A DNA stretch of 64,000 bases from Acidobacteriota bacterium (lineage in GTDB: Bacteria; Acidobacteriota; Blastocatellia; RBC074), in assembly GCA_016196035.1 (NCBI GenBank), contig JACPYM010000070.1:3334-67333 (forward strand), read 5' to 3'. The translations under genes and the position numbers were made by a program. Below the pieces are notes generated by a model, which saw only the letters and a list, made by a program, of their open reading frames with translations, was not told the origin of the DNA and did not search any database. Below, piece by piece: positions 39,189-48,637 of the stretch; positions within the stretch are counted from its first letter, which is position 1; the number at the start of each line of letters is the position of its first letter.

Positions 39189-39367
39189 GCCGCTTAGCGG
39201 CAGTTGAATTTAGCCGTGGGTTTTCAACCCACGGATTACAATCGTGTGATCTGCGCGTCGCGTCAGCGACGCCTGAATTCAGGCGTCGCTGACGCGACGC
39301 GCAGCGCAGGCATTTTCTTCCCGGCGTTGAAAACGCCGGGCTAAACTCAGGTCGTCGCTAACGCGAC
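39189..39367. repeat. Intergenic cluster of five hairpins, including a perfect 48-bp palindrome (39254-39301) centred on GAATTC
   Basis: Hairpins are gccgcttagcggc; ccgtggGTTTTCAACccacgg; cgcgtcgcgtcagcgacgcctgaa|ttcaggcgtcgctgacgcgacgcg; cccggcGTTGAAAACgccggg; and gtcgctaacgcgac. The two short hairpins carry reverse-complementary loops. Confidence 0.85.
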
Positions 39368-39505
39368 TGCAAATTCGGCCTTACATCTTTAACACTACCA
39401 AGCTCGAATTGGGTTAAGAGATAAATCGAAATGCAAACGTCAGTAAGGTACAAACAAGTTACAGAGAGGCATTGTTTCTGCTTTGGCATTTCCATTTCAG
39501 CTTTG

Positions 39506-40630
39506 TTAGAGCTTGAAATAACCGGCTGCTGTTGCGAACAGATATTCCAGTTCCTCATCGCTCATCACTGTATGCAACGGCAACGAGACCAGGTTATCTT
39601 TGATGGCGTTCGTGAAGCTCAAATCCTGCTCACGATACCGTCCACGGTAAAATTTCAGGCTGTGGTTGGCCGTGTAGTAGCGGCGGACAGCGATCCCCTT
39701 GTCCTGCATGTAAGCTACAAAAGCAGTCGCCTCCTCATTGAGGATGATCGGGAAATAAAGATACGGGCACTGGACTTCCGCCAGCACCTTCATCGTCTTC
39801 AGCAAGCCCCGGGATTCCAAACCGCTGAAGAATTCGACGTAACGCGCGGCGTTCCGGGCGCGGCTCCGGATGATGAAATCCGCCTTGGCGAGGTTCCGCA
39901 GGCCTACCAGAGCGCAAACCTCGGTCATCTTTGAGTTCAGGCCAGGCACGTCTACATCGCCGCGCACCTTTTCATACTGGCCGAAGTCGCGCAGACGGCG
40001 CAGCAGGTCGTCAATCTCATGATCATTCACGATGTTACAGCCACCCTCCATGCTGTTGAAGATTTTCGTGGCATGGAAGCTGATCATCTCGCTGAAGCCG
40101 TACTCCCAAGCATGTTTGCCCTTAAAACGCGTGCCGAAGGCCGGCGCATTGTCCAAGATGACCGCCAAGTTCTTTTCCCGCGCGATCTGCCGGAGCCTTT
40201 CGAGGTTCACGATATTTCCGTAAGCGCCCACCGGCAGGATCATCCGCACGTCCGGGGAATCCACCAGCGCCTTTTCAATGTCCAGCACCAGGGTTGCATC
40301 TACGTCACAAAAGACCGGGCGCAGATTGTTCATCACTACCGCATTGATCGTGCCGGAAAAGGTGAACGAGGGAACCAGCACCTCGAAGGATTCATGCGGC
40401 CCCACTTTCAGCTTGTGCTTCCAAGCTTGAATCAAGTGGTACAACGCCATCTCTCCGTTACAATTCACAGAGGGCTTGATCTGGCAACCATAAAATTCCT
40501 GGAGCTTGTCTTCAAACATCCTCACATGCGATGAGTTATTTGTGACAAGGCCGCTCTCAAGACATCTGGCAAATTCATCCGCAATCTCTGCAATACCAGG
40601 CATGAAGGGTTTGACGATGTTGATATTCAT
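39506..40630 (-). CDS. DegT/DnrJ/EryC1/StrS-family PLP-dependent sugar aminotransferase
   Basis: Fold-type-I aminotransferase of 374 aa. MNINIVKPFMPGIAEIADEFARCLESGLVTNNSSHVRMFEDKL is a typical N-terminus. Confidence 0.9.
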   Translation of the reverse strand: MNINIVKPFMPGIAEIADEFARCLESGLVTNNSSHVRMFEDKLQEFYGCQIKPSVNCNGEMALYHLIQAWKHKLKVGPHESFEVLVPSFTFSGTINAVVMNNLRPVFCDVDATLVLDIEKALVDSPDVRMILPVGAYGNIVNLERLRQIAREKNLAVILDNAPAFGTRFKGKHAWEYGFSEMISFHATKIFNSMEGGCNIVNDHEIDDLLRRLRDFGQYEKVRGDVDVPGLNSKMTEVCALVGLRNLAKADFIIRSRARNAARYVEFFSGLESRGLLKTMKVLAEVQCPYLYFPIILNEEATAFVAYMQDKGIAVRRYYTANHSLKFYRGRYREQDLSFTNAIKDNLVSLPLHTVMSDEELEYLFATAAGYFKL

Positions 40631-40892
40631 GAAAAGAAGTCTAGTGCCAGCCGTAAGCGCGCATCGTTATTGCCGAAACCAAAAATAATATCCGTTACAC
40701 GGTATTTGAGATCATCGCCCAACTGTTCGACACCACCAAGAATCACACTGCCACCAAAGGCCTCACCGGCCCGTTGCGGCTGACAATCATCAAGATAGCC
40801 TGAAATTTCATATTCACCAGATTGACGCAAAATATCAGCCACCACCAAGGCGTGCCCTGAAGCTCCTCAGATAATTATTTTATGCACTGTAA
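40627..40892 (-). pseudogene. Decayed NeuD/PglD-family acetyltransferase: N-terminal domain only, with an in-frame TGA at codon 7 and truncation after ~86 codons
   Basis: Codon-by-codon read of the minus strand: GTG-CAT-AAA-ATA-ATT-ATC-TGA-GGA-GCT-TCA-GGG-CAC-GCC-TTG-GTG-GTG-GCT-GAT. This translates as MHKIII*GASGHALVVADIL. Compare the intact paralog MDFPLVIIGAGGHGAEVAAYAL. The ORF ends at 40627 inside the DegT start region, so the hexapeptide domain is missing. Confidence 0.5.
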
Positions 40893-42037
40893 GAAAACGA
40901 ATGCCCCATGCGAAGCAAGGGGCGCTCCAACCAGCGCCACGAAAGGCAGGCCAACACAATTGTTAGAGTTAGCGCCAGCAGTGTCACCAGCAATTCGAGA
41001 AAGTTTGAAATTCGCGGTTCGGCACTAAAGAAATAGCTGTGGCAAAGACCCAAAATCGGCATGTGAATCAGGTATACGCAATAAGAAATCGCCCCCAAGC
41101 TAAGCAAGAACGGCGTTCTCAAAACTACCCCTAGCCATGATTCACGATGGCTTACGGCTAATGCAAGCAAGACCGCGTAAAAAAGCGCAATCCACGTAAA
41201 AGCGACGGCTTTTGTTATCGTGCCAGCCTGTGGGTATTTGATTGTCAGCCAGCCCATGCCGAGTGCCAAAATAACAAAGACTTGATAAAGCAATTGACGA
41301 CGATTCACCACAAACTTCTGAAAATCATTGCGGCGAAATAACCAAGCCACGAGTACGCCTAACATCAAGCTATCAGCCCGCGTTGCTACCATCATTTCTA
41401 CTAATCCATCGCCAGCTATAAAGCCTTGCGCATGCCAACGTGCGAAAGCAAATCGAAAAATTGGCGCAGCGATAATTGAAAAAAGCACAACCCAGAGCAA
41501 TTTACGCTCTGAGAAGGTCCGGACAAGAAATGGCAAGATAAAATAAAATTGCTCTTCAATCGCCAGCGACCAAGTAGGCGCAAGCCACAGCGCCCAGAAG
41601 CTGCGGCTATCGAAATAGAAGTTCTGTGTAAATGTCAGATAAGACCAAAGTGGCGCGGGGTTTTTGAAAAGCCAATATGAAAGCGATGTGCCGAATATAA
41701 ACAAGAGCACGAAAAACAAGATGATATTCAGGTAATACAATGGAAAGATTCGGCAAATTCGCCGGACATAAAAAGCTCGATAATAATTGGGCGAAGCTGC
41801 CTGCCGGAGCAAAATTCCGCCAATGAGAAAACCAGAAAGCACGAAAAATAAGTCAACGCCCGTCCACGTCAGACGAAAGCAAGCCAGCACGTATGCTCCA
41901 GGTGAGCCAGGTTGAAATTTAATAGCACCCACGAAATAATGTAAAAGTAGAATCAGCAAAATCGCCAAGCCGCGTAAGCCATCCAGCTCCGTAATTCTCA
42001 GCGCGTTTTCTGACTCAGCCTTTTGCGTCATCAGCAA
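40880..42037 (-). CDS. Acyltransferase family 3 (OafA/YrhL-like membrane O-acetyltransferase)
   Basis: ELDGLRGLAILLILLLHYF N-terminal motif with ~10 TM helices. The start is TTG at 42037 or ATG at 42031. Confidence 0.8.
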   Translation of the reverse strand: MLMTQKAESENALRITELDGLRGLAILLILLLHYFVGAIKFQPGSPGAYVLACFRLTWTGVDLFFVLSGFLIGGILLRQAASPNYYRAFYVRRICRIFPLYYLNIILFFVLLFIFGTSLSYWLFKNPAPLWSYLTFTQNFYFDSRSFWALWLAPTWSLAIEEQFYFILPFLVRTFSERKLLWVVLFSIIAAPIFRFAFARWHAQGFIAGDGLVEMMVATRADSLMLGVLVAWLFRRNDFQKFVVNRRQLLYQVFVILALGMGWLTIKYPQAGTITKAVAFTWIALFYAVLLALAVSHRESWLGVVLRTPFLLSLGAISYCVYLIHMPILGLCHSYFFSAEPRISNFLELLVTLLALTLTIVLACLSWRWLERPLLRMGHSFSYSA

Positions 42038-42041
42038 TGAT

Positions 42042-43007
42042 TCAGATAACCGCCGCCGACTGCTGGGATCGTCTCAATTGGCGGCGCAACATCTCAGGCA
42101 GACACGAACGATACAGTTGGCCGAAGCGCTCGGCTTGTTCCTGTCCAAAATTTCGCGCAATAAAACGGTAGTATTTTCGCTCGCGCTCGTATTCAGGCGG
42201 GCCAAGCTTTTTGGCTAACGCAAAAGCCCGACGCGCGGCAGATTTGGCATTATTCCTGAATAACATCGAACCTGCTCTAGCCGCGGCTTCGGCCAAGTCA
42301 AAGCGATATTTTTCAGGCAATTCATCGGCAAGCTTAGTAATTGCCTCAACCGCCGAGCCCCATACCTCTGCCTGTTTTTTACTACGGCTGTTAGAGCGCA
42401 ATCTGATGTGAATAAGCGGTTCGTCTATGACCGCAATTGACGGGTCGGTCGCAGCAAGGCGGACATGAAAATCATAATCTTCCGACTGCCAAAGGTCTTT
42501 TCGGTAGCCACCAATTACCTGTATCTTGCTTCTTAAATATGTTCCGGCAGGAACAAGAATCGCTCCCTGAATTGCCTGCCTGACCCAATCAGTTACGCCA
42601 GTGCGTTTGTTTAATTCAAGCACTCGCTCACAGGCAAGCTCACCATTTTGATAAGAAGAAATTTCCGTCAATATCCATTCCGCTTGCGTTGCCTCGATGG
42701 CTTGGCTGACCCGTAAACACCAATCCGGGTGAAATAAATCGTCTGCATCTTGAAAATGAATGTAATCTGACTGACTTTCTTGTAACAGGATATTTCGTCC
42801 GTAAGACGGCCCGCGATTAATACTTCCCCGAATCACTTTGGCTGGGCATCGAAGTGGTAGATATTGTTCAGCCGCAGCAGTTGAGGCATCGTCATAAATC
42901 AAAATCTCATCAACCTGGCAAGTTTGTTTGAGCAAAGACTCAAGGAATTCTGTTAATAACTCTTTTTCGTTATAATAGGTTATCAATACCCCAATCGTTC
43001 TTTTCAT
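42042..43007 (-). CDS. Glycosyltransferase family 2
   Basis: GVLITYYNEKELLTEFLESL...YDDAST...DADD motifs. ATG at 43007 (MKRTIGV) overlaps the upstream gene's stop by 4 bp. Confidence 0.8.
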   Translation of the reverse strand: MKRTIGVLITYYNEKELLTEFLESLLKQTCQVDEILIYDDASTAAAEQYLPLRCPAKVIRGSINRGPSYGRNILLQESQSDYIHFQDADDLFHPDWCLRVSQAIEATQAEWILTEISSYQNGELACERVLELNKRTGVTDWVRQAIQGAILVPAGTYLRSKIQVIGGYRKDLWQSEDYDFHVRLAATDPSIAVIDEPLIHIRLRSNSRSKKQAEVWGSAVEAITKLADELPEKYRFDLAEAAARAGSMLFRNNAKSAARRAFALAKKLGPPEYERERKYYRFIARNFGQEQAERFGQLYRSCLPEMLRRQLRRSQQSAAVI

Positions 43008-44083
43008 GAGCAACCCAACATAATACCAGTGATGTAAACACAAGCAAGAAAACGTATTTGAGGGTATTTGCGCTCAATTTCTAAAATAGCAGTACGATAT
43101 TGAAAAGGGCGCTTTATCATCCCTAATAAACGTCCTACAAAAAACTCTATGCCAAGCAATTGACTGTCCCCTTCCCCCCTCGAAAACAAAAACCGTGGAA
43201 GTATTCTTATCGTTTTAGCAAGACTCCTTATCACATTGATCAACTGCCAAGCCCAGGTTTTCTTTATGTGACCTAGTGAGCTTTCCGTTCGGTAATACCC
43301 GAAACGAAATAGATATGGGTCGAGCAAAACTGACGACGCGCCAAAGCCACGATGCAACCGTCGCAAATACTCCCAAGATAATCGTGAATCAGGTAAAAAA
43401 TGCTGAAACCTCAAACGAGAGTCATACCATAATTTCCAACCAGCTAATCTTAGTGCATAGCTTAACTCAGTATCGCCACCAGAGATTAACTGATCCCCCT
43501 TTCTATCAGAGCATAAGTGAGCGAACCCTTTCTCAAGAATGTCTGCCCATGCTTGTTTTCTCAACGTCAATCCGGCCCCCCATAAGCCTTTAGATGTATG
43601 AATCTCGCCAGTCTGCTCTGCTTGCGAGCCTACTGCGTAACTTCCTTTCACTCGGTCAAACCATTCCGGCAATGGCATGTTAGAGACTGGTTCACTAAAT
43701 CCGCCGCAAGCCCCAATCATTGGATTGGATGACATTACCTCAGTAACAATCGCTACCCAATCATCACAAACCCAATTATCATCATCAATGAAACTAACAA
43801 GCTCATATTTCGATTCTGCTATGCCGCGCAATCGTGCTTGACTCAACCCCGGTGAAGGCTCTCGAACCACTCTCATTTCCAAACGAGAATCTTTAGACCA
43901 ACACCTGTAGGCGACTTCAGTAGTGTCATCTTGAGAGGCGTTATCTACTACTATGACCTCGCAATGAACCTGTTCAGGGATGTTTTGAGATTTAATGAAA
44001 GACAAAGTTGCTGATAAACGAGAGCTACTATTGTAACAACAAATAACTATGCTCACGCCAAGAATATCGCTTTGATTATACAT
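43004..44083 (-). CDS. Glycosyltransferase family 2
   Basis: VSIVICCYNSSSRLSATL...VVDNASQDDT...DDD motifs. I prefer ATG at 44083 (MYNQSD) over the TTG at 44116. Confidence 0.8.
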   Translation of the reverse strand: MYNQSDILGVSIVICCYNSSSRLSATLSFIKSQNIPEQVHCEVIVVDNASQDDTTEVAYRCWSKDSRLEMRVVREPSPGLSQARLRGIAESKYELVSFIDDDNWVCDDWVAIVTEVMSSNPMIGACGGFSEPVSNMPLPEWFDRVKGSYAVGSQAEQTGEIHTSKGLWGAGLTLRKQAWADILEKGFAHLCSDRKGDQLISGGDTELSYALRLAGWKLWYDSRLRFQHFLPDSRLSWEYLRRLHRGFGASSVLLDPYLFRFGYYRTESSLGHIKKTWAWQLINVIRSLAKTIRILPRFLFSRGEGDSQLLGIEFFVGRLLGMIKRPFQYRTAILEIERKYPQIRFLACVYITGIMLGCS

Positions 44084-44118
44084 TGCATTCAAATTCTCAC
44101 CATTACATCTCGGCAAGA

Positions 44119-44898
44119 TTAGTTATTTACCTGAATACCTTTTTCGCTTCTTTTCCCAGCTCGTTTCATTTTCATTGTCCAGGCTGCCAAGAGAGTCTTG
44201 AAATACCAGCTAACAGGTTGTGATCCATTTTCAACTTGAACAAGCCATTTTTCTTGATGTGCCTGACTCTGCCCCAAACTCATCCACGGAAACATTTCAG
44301 GGTGAATGATCGACTGAATTCGTTCTTCTTTACCAGCAGCATTTTGTGACCTTGTCGCGTAAAATAAGTTCTGACGATACCAAGGCTCAATACTTTGTAC
44401 ACTCCATATAAGCCTTCGCGGCCATTCATCACAAACATAGCCTTCATTGTTAAATAAAGCTTGCCAATAATCAGGCCATTGGCAATTAATATGGTTTTGT
44501 CCAGGCTGTCCTGGACAGGCGGCTGAAAAAAAAACTCTATCAGAATGCGCTGTTAACGTCTTTATTAAATTGGGCGCATGCATATCACCAATATGCTCAG
44601 CGACCTCAAGGCACAATGCAACATCAAATTTTCGTCCCAACTCCCACTGACACCTCAAGTCCTTTTGTAAAACTAAATGGCTAGCGACGTGTAGCTTGCC
44701 TCGGTCTACTAATTTTCCATCCACACCGACAACATCGCTTATGCCTATTAATTGAGCAGCCTGCAACCAAGTTCCCGTTCCGCAACCAACATCTAGCAAA
44801 CTTCGGTATTGTCCAGTTTCGAATATAAGTTTTAACGTGGACTCGGCTCCATTAATGGTATGCAAGTTGGAGTCGTGCTCGTAATTAATTTCCATCAT
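44119..44898 (-). CDS. Class I SAM-dependent methyltransferase
   Basis: LLDVGCGTGTWL motif I. Confidence 0.7.
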   Translation of the reverse strand: MMEINYEHDSNLHTINGAESTLKLIFETGQYRSLLDVGCGTGTWLQAAQLIGISDVVGVDGKLVDRGKLHVASHLVLQKDLRCQWELGRKFDVALCLEVAEHIGDMHAPNLIKTLTAHSDRVFFSAACPGQPGQNHINCQWPDYWQALFNNEGYVCDEWPRRLIWSVQSIEPWYRQNLFYATRSQNAAGKEERIQSIIHPEMFPWMSLGQSQAHQEKWLVQVENGSQPVSWYFKTLLAAWTMKMKRAGKRSEKGIQVNN

Positions 44899-45579
44899 TC
44901 ATTGCTTCTCAATATAACAGACTCCCGCAAATGACTTTATTCTCTCAGCGAAAGAATTTTTACTTAAAAAATCATGAACAGCACGACTGCATCCATCCCA
45001 AGTATAATAATCATCAAGAATAACCACCCCACCTGGAGCCACCTGACAAAATAGATTATCCAAACAAATCATTGTAGATTCATACCAATCTGCGTCTAAA
45101 CGCAGCAATGCGATTTTCTCTTGAAGTTTATAGCCTGGGATAGTGTCAACAAACCAGCCTTTGACTAACTCATACTTTTTGACGCGACAGGCTTTCATCA
45201 CTTCATCAGCGTATTCAGGCTCAGCCTTGCAGTTATCGAAATAGTACTCGCCAACTTTATTATTCTGCCAAGCAATCGCTGCCTCTCCATCTATTTTCTG
45301 CGCAACTGGCAAACCTTCAAAACTATCAAAAAGAAAATATTCTCTCTCTGCACCTAATATCTTAGATACACCTGCAATCATTCCCCCGCGCCAAACACCG
45401 CACTCAACAACGCATCCTTGTATTGCTTTGAAACCGTCTGCTATTTTCAAATTTGCAATATAATATGACTCAGGAATCATCGTATAATTCTGAAATTCCC
45501 TGTAAATTGCTTGATTGTGACCTCTTTCGATTTTCTCGCGTACAATGCTTTTCGCTCTCTGCATTATATTTATTCCCAT
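44899..45579 (-). CDS. TylF/MycF/NovP-family (macrocin-O-methyltransferase-like) sugar O-methyltransferase
   Basis: VECGVWRGG...LFDSFEG...LRLDADWYEST motifs. Confidence 0.7.
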   Translation of the reverse strand: MGINIMQRAKSIVREKIERGHNQAIYREFQNYTMIPESYYIANLKIADGFKAIQGCVVECGVWRGGMIAGVSKILGAEREYFLFDSFEGLPVAQKIDGEAAIAWQNNKVGEYYFDNCKAEPEYADEVMKACRVKKYELVKGWFVDTIPGYKLQEKIALLRLDADWYESTMICLDNLFCQVAPGGVVILDDYYTWDGCSRAVHDFLSKNSFAERIKSFAGVCYIEKQ

Positions 45580-45594
45580 ATAAACTTTCAGCGG

Positions 45595-46836
45595 CTAACT
45601 AGCAGAATAACTATAGCTAGATTTCGGCACAATATAACCATGGTCTGCTGTATATGGGAAAACGCGCCCTTTTGTCGGTGGCGTAATGATATTAACAGAG
45701 GCAGCATTTTCAACGTAGTCGTAGGTTAATGTATTGTGTGACCCAATCCAGAAATTCAAGAAATAAGTTAAGGGAATCATCGGTGGCAAGAACACACTCA
45801 AGCTAACATTGTGCCTGCCTGGCTGACCACAGATGAAGGGTGTTGGAGATGGCAGTGCTTGCATAACTGACGCTTGCATTGCGTTGCAAATATCTATGGC
45901 AATAAAAGCATCAGCGCAACTTTCTAGGCATGATATTTCGATCTCACAACTTAACACATAATTTGACTGATCTTCTAATAACGTAACTTCAATTGATTCA
46001 AAGTACATTGGGGTTATTAGATCTGCTTTCGTGTTTGCCTTAACCCAGGACCTTTCAACTTGCGTGCGCTCAGAATAAACTTGAATGGCTTTAGAAATGC
46101 CGCCATTAAAAACAACTTGCCCTTCATTTAAAACGACTCCCCTTTCGCAAAGTGTTTGCATCGCTTGGAGATTATGACTAACAAATAGTATTGTTCTTCC
46201 GCCTCGTGCTACATCTGACATCTTGCCCAAACATTTCTTTTGGAACTCAGCATCACCGACGGCCAGCACTTCATCCACAACTAAAATCTCCGGCTCCAAA
46301 TGCGCTGCCACAGCAAACGCCAGCCGCATATACATCCCGCTGCTATACCGTTTGACCGGCGTATCAAGAAACTTTTCGATCTCGGCAAACGCCACAATCT
46401 CGTCAAACTTGCGTGCGACTTCGAGGCGTGACATGCCCAGGATCGCGCCATTCAAATAGATATTCTCGCGCCCAGTCAGTTCCGGGTGAAAGCCGGTGCC
46501 GACTTCCAACAAGCTGGCGATGCGGCCTTTGATTGAAACGCGGCCTGTGGTTGGTTCGGTGATACGGCTCAGGATTTTGAGCAGGGTAGATTTGCCCGCG
46601 CCGTTGCGTCCGATGATGCCGACGACTTCGCCTTGTTCAATTTCAAAGGAAACATCTTTGAGCGCCCAGAAATCTTCTTCTGAAGGGGACTGGGAGTTAG
46701 GGGCTAGGGACTGGGAGCGAAAGAGCGATTTAGCGCGGTTCGCAATGACATCGCGCAAGGCCGTATAGCGTTCGCGTTGCTGGTGCTGGATGCGGTACTT
46801 TTTGCCTAGATTTTCGACGCGGATTACGACTGACAC
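45595..46836 (-). CDS. wzt: ABC-transporter ATP-binding protein Wzt (polysaccharide export) with a C-terminal carbohydrate-binding extension
   Basis: Walker A (GRNGAGKST), signature (YSSGM), Walker B (ILVVDEVLAVGD), and a ~160-aa C-terminal extension. GTG start at 46836. Confidence 0.9.
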   Translation of the reverse strand: MSVVIRVENLGKKYRIQHQQRERYTALRDVIANRAKSLFRSQSLAPNSQSPSEEDFWALKDVSFEIEQGEVVGIIGRNGAGKSTLLKILSRITEPTTGRVSIKGRIASLLEVGTGFHPELTGRENIYLNGAILGMSRLEVARKFDEIVAFAEIEKFLDTPVKRYSSGMYMRLAFAVAAHLEPEILVVDEVLAVGDAEFQKKCLGKMSDVARGGRTILFVSHNLQAMQTLCERGVVLNEGQVVFNGGISKAIQVYSERTQVERSWVKANTKADLITPMYFESIEVTLLEDQSNYVLSCEIEISCLESCADAFIAIDICNAMQASVMQALPSPTPFICGQPGRHNVSLSVFLPPMIPLTYFLNFWIGSHNTLTYDYVENAASVNIITPPTKGRVFPYTADHGYIVPKSSYSYSAS

Positions 46837-46874
46837 AAATGATAGTTGAGAATCGTGATAAAACTTTCAGGGCC

Positions 46875-46959
46875 GAACAATTTAGCCACAGAAGTACAGA
46901 GACACAGAGCTTTTCAGCGTGTTGGCACCGTTCTCCGTCTTCCTTCGTGTCTCTGTGCC
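46875..46959. repeat. Copy 2 of the ~80-bp TIR element (agccacagaag ... ctctgtggcaa)
   Basis: It matches 14141-14217 in its termini and internal motifs. It lies in the 234-bp gap upstream of wzt. Confidence 0.6.
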
Positions 46960-47070
46960 TCTGTGGCAAATCTTCGCGTAGAGATTTCAGCCGGACAGCA
47001 AAGATGGCAGGCAGGAATGAAAAGCGGTGATAAATCCTTGCACTCCAAATATCGCCTCATTGCAACATTG

Positions 47071-48027
47071 TTAGGTAAGTTTATACGCAGCGCGCATCCA
47101 ATCAGCGGTGATTTGCATACCCGCTTCCAAGCTATAGGAATTCTGATGGCCCAAATCGCGAACGGATTTGCTGGTATCCACCAGCTTTTTCGTCGTCGTT
47201 AGTATCTCTGCTTCTTTGTAACGAACCAGGCCCGCATCAGCGCCTGTTACTTTTAGGATGACGTCTGAAAGCTCTTCGATGGAATGCAACTGATTGCCAC
47301 CAATGTTATAGGTTTCCCCGGGCTTAAAATTATCAACGATATTCGCCAGCGTTCTGACTGTATCGGCTAAGTATGTTGAAGTGCGCGCGTGACCCCGGTA
47401 TACCGTCCAAGGCAATCCGTGCAAGGCGCAATACAAAAAGCGACAATTGACTGAGCGATAAGGGCTGTAATACTCACCCGGCCCATAGGTATTGAATAAC
47501 CGCACGACGACAGATTCGGTTTTGTATTGAATCGCTGAGTTACGAATTTGCATTTCGTTGACCCATTTGGTCATCGCATAATCATTCATCTGTTTGATTT
47601 CATGATCATCCATCACCGATTCCACCATGAGGTTGGGCCAATCGCCATAAACCTCAGAGGAAGAGAAATGAATCAGGCGAAAGCCGAGACGCTCTTGCAA
47701 CCGGATGATGTTTTTGGCGCCAATGGCATTGGTTTGCCAGAGTGTTTCATAGAAATCTTCGCCATTCCAGCGGCCAAATTCGGCGGCGCAGTTATAAACA
47801 TAATCAAACGGCCCCAGCACTTCGATAACACGTTCGATCTGGCGAAACTCGCCAATGTCGCACCGCGCATACAACGGCGCGGCTAAATCGGAACCCAGCG
47901 TAAAGCCGATTTCATCTGCGTCGTGGCGCGTATCACAAGAAACCACATGATGCCCACGGGATCGCAATTCCTTTATTAGGCCCGCGCCCACAGTACCTAA
48001 ACCACCGGTAACGAGAATTCTACGCAT
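47071..48027 (-). CDS. NAD-dependent epimerase/dehydratase (extended SDR)
   Basis: MRRILVTGGLGTVGAGL Rossmann motif, 318 aa. Confidence 0.85.
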   Translation of the reverse strand: MRRILVTGGLGTVGAGLIKELRSRGHHVVSCDTRHDADEIGFTLGSDLAAPLYARCDIGEFRQIERVIEVLGPFDYVYNCAAEFGRWNGEDFYETLWQTNAIGAKNIIRLQERLGFRLIHFSSSEVYGDWPNLMVESVMDDHEIKQMNDYAMTKWVNEMQIRNSAIQYKTESVVVRLFNTYGPGEYYSPYRSVNCRFLYCALHGLPWTVYRGHARTSTYLADTVRTLANIVDNFKPGETYNIGGNQLHSIEELSDVILKVTGADAGLVRYKEAEILTTTKKLVDTSKSVRDLGHQNSYSLEAGMQITADWMRAAYKLT

Positions 48028-48090
48028 CTATTATTTCTTAGGATTAATTGCCTTGTTGCGAATACGTATTTATAAAGCAAGAACAAAAAA

Positions 48091-48366
48091 CTAAGCTGCT
48101 AACAAGGGGATTAATTCATTAGGCTGAACGGGAGGGATATTCTTTTGCGAAAGAATTTGATTTAGTTCTTGTAACATAGCGCTAATCTGATCAGGCGCTA
48201 AAAACTCTATCCCAATCGGTTGCCCATCGCTACCGTAATCAATCAATATCCCTTCACCGTGGCGTTCAGTCCGCTGACTTTTTTCACCTGGCTTACGCTG
48301 AAGATAAAAGTAAGCTGCCATCACTTTACCTTTGCGAAAAGTAACATCCAAATAACGGTGTTTCAT
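48091..48366 (-). CDS. DUF2283 domain protein (putative antitoxin-like partner)
   Basis: MAAYFYLQ...GILIDYGSDGQPIGIEFL pattern, 91 aa. It lies 4 bp downstream of the DUF4258 gene. Confidence 0.55.
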   Translation of the reverse strand: MKHRYLDVTFRKGKVMAAYFYLQRKPGEKSQRTERHGEGILIDYGSDGQPIGIEFLAPDQISAMLQELNQILSQKNIPPVQPNELIPLLAA

Positions 48367-48370
48367 CTCA

Positions 48371-48628
48371 TTAATCCAGTGGGTAAGCTGTTATAACAAT
48401 CAACAGATGCGCATCATGGTCAGGTTCGACAATCACTTCCCAATGACGACGTTGATGCTTGGTTTTGATTACCCAGCGGCCTTCGACCACATTTTTGCGA
48501 TAGCCGCTGGCTTTTTCAAGCATAGCCCGTAAATCAACTTCATTGAAATCCCGGTCAATCATCCGCTCTTCCAGGTGTGGCGTTAACTCTAGCTCCCATT
48601 CCCACCACGCGGGCCAATTGGCAGGCAT
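48371..48628 (-). CDS. DUF4258 domain protein (putative toxin-like partner)
   Basis: HLEERMIDRDFNEVDLRAMLEKA...WVIKTK...WEVIVEPDHDAHLLIVITAY, 85 aa. Confidence 0.55.
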   Translation of the reverse strand: MPANWPAWWEWELELTPHLEERMIDRDFNEVDLRAMLEKASGYRKNVVEGRWVIKTKHQRRHWEVIVEPDHDAHLLIVITAYPLD

Positions 48629-48637
48629 TTCAAATCC

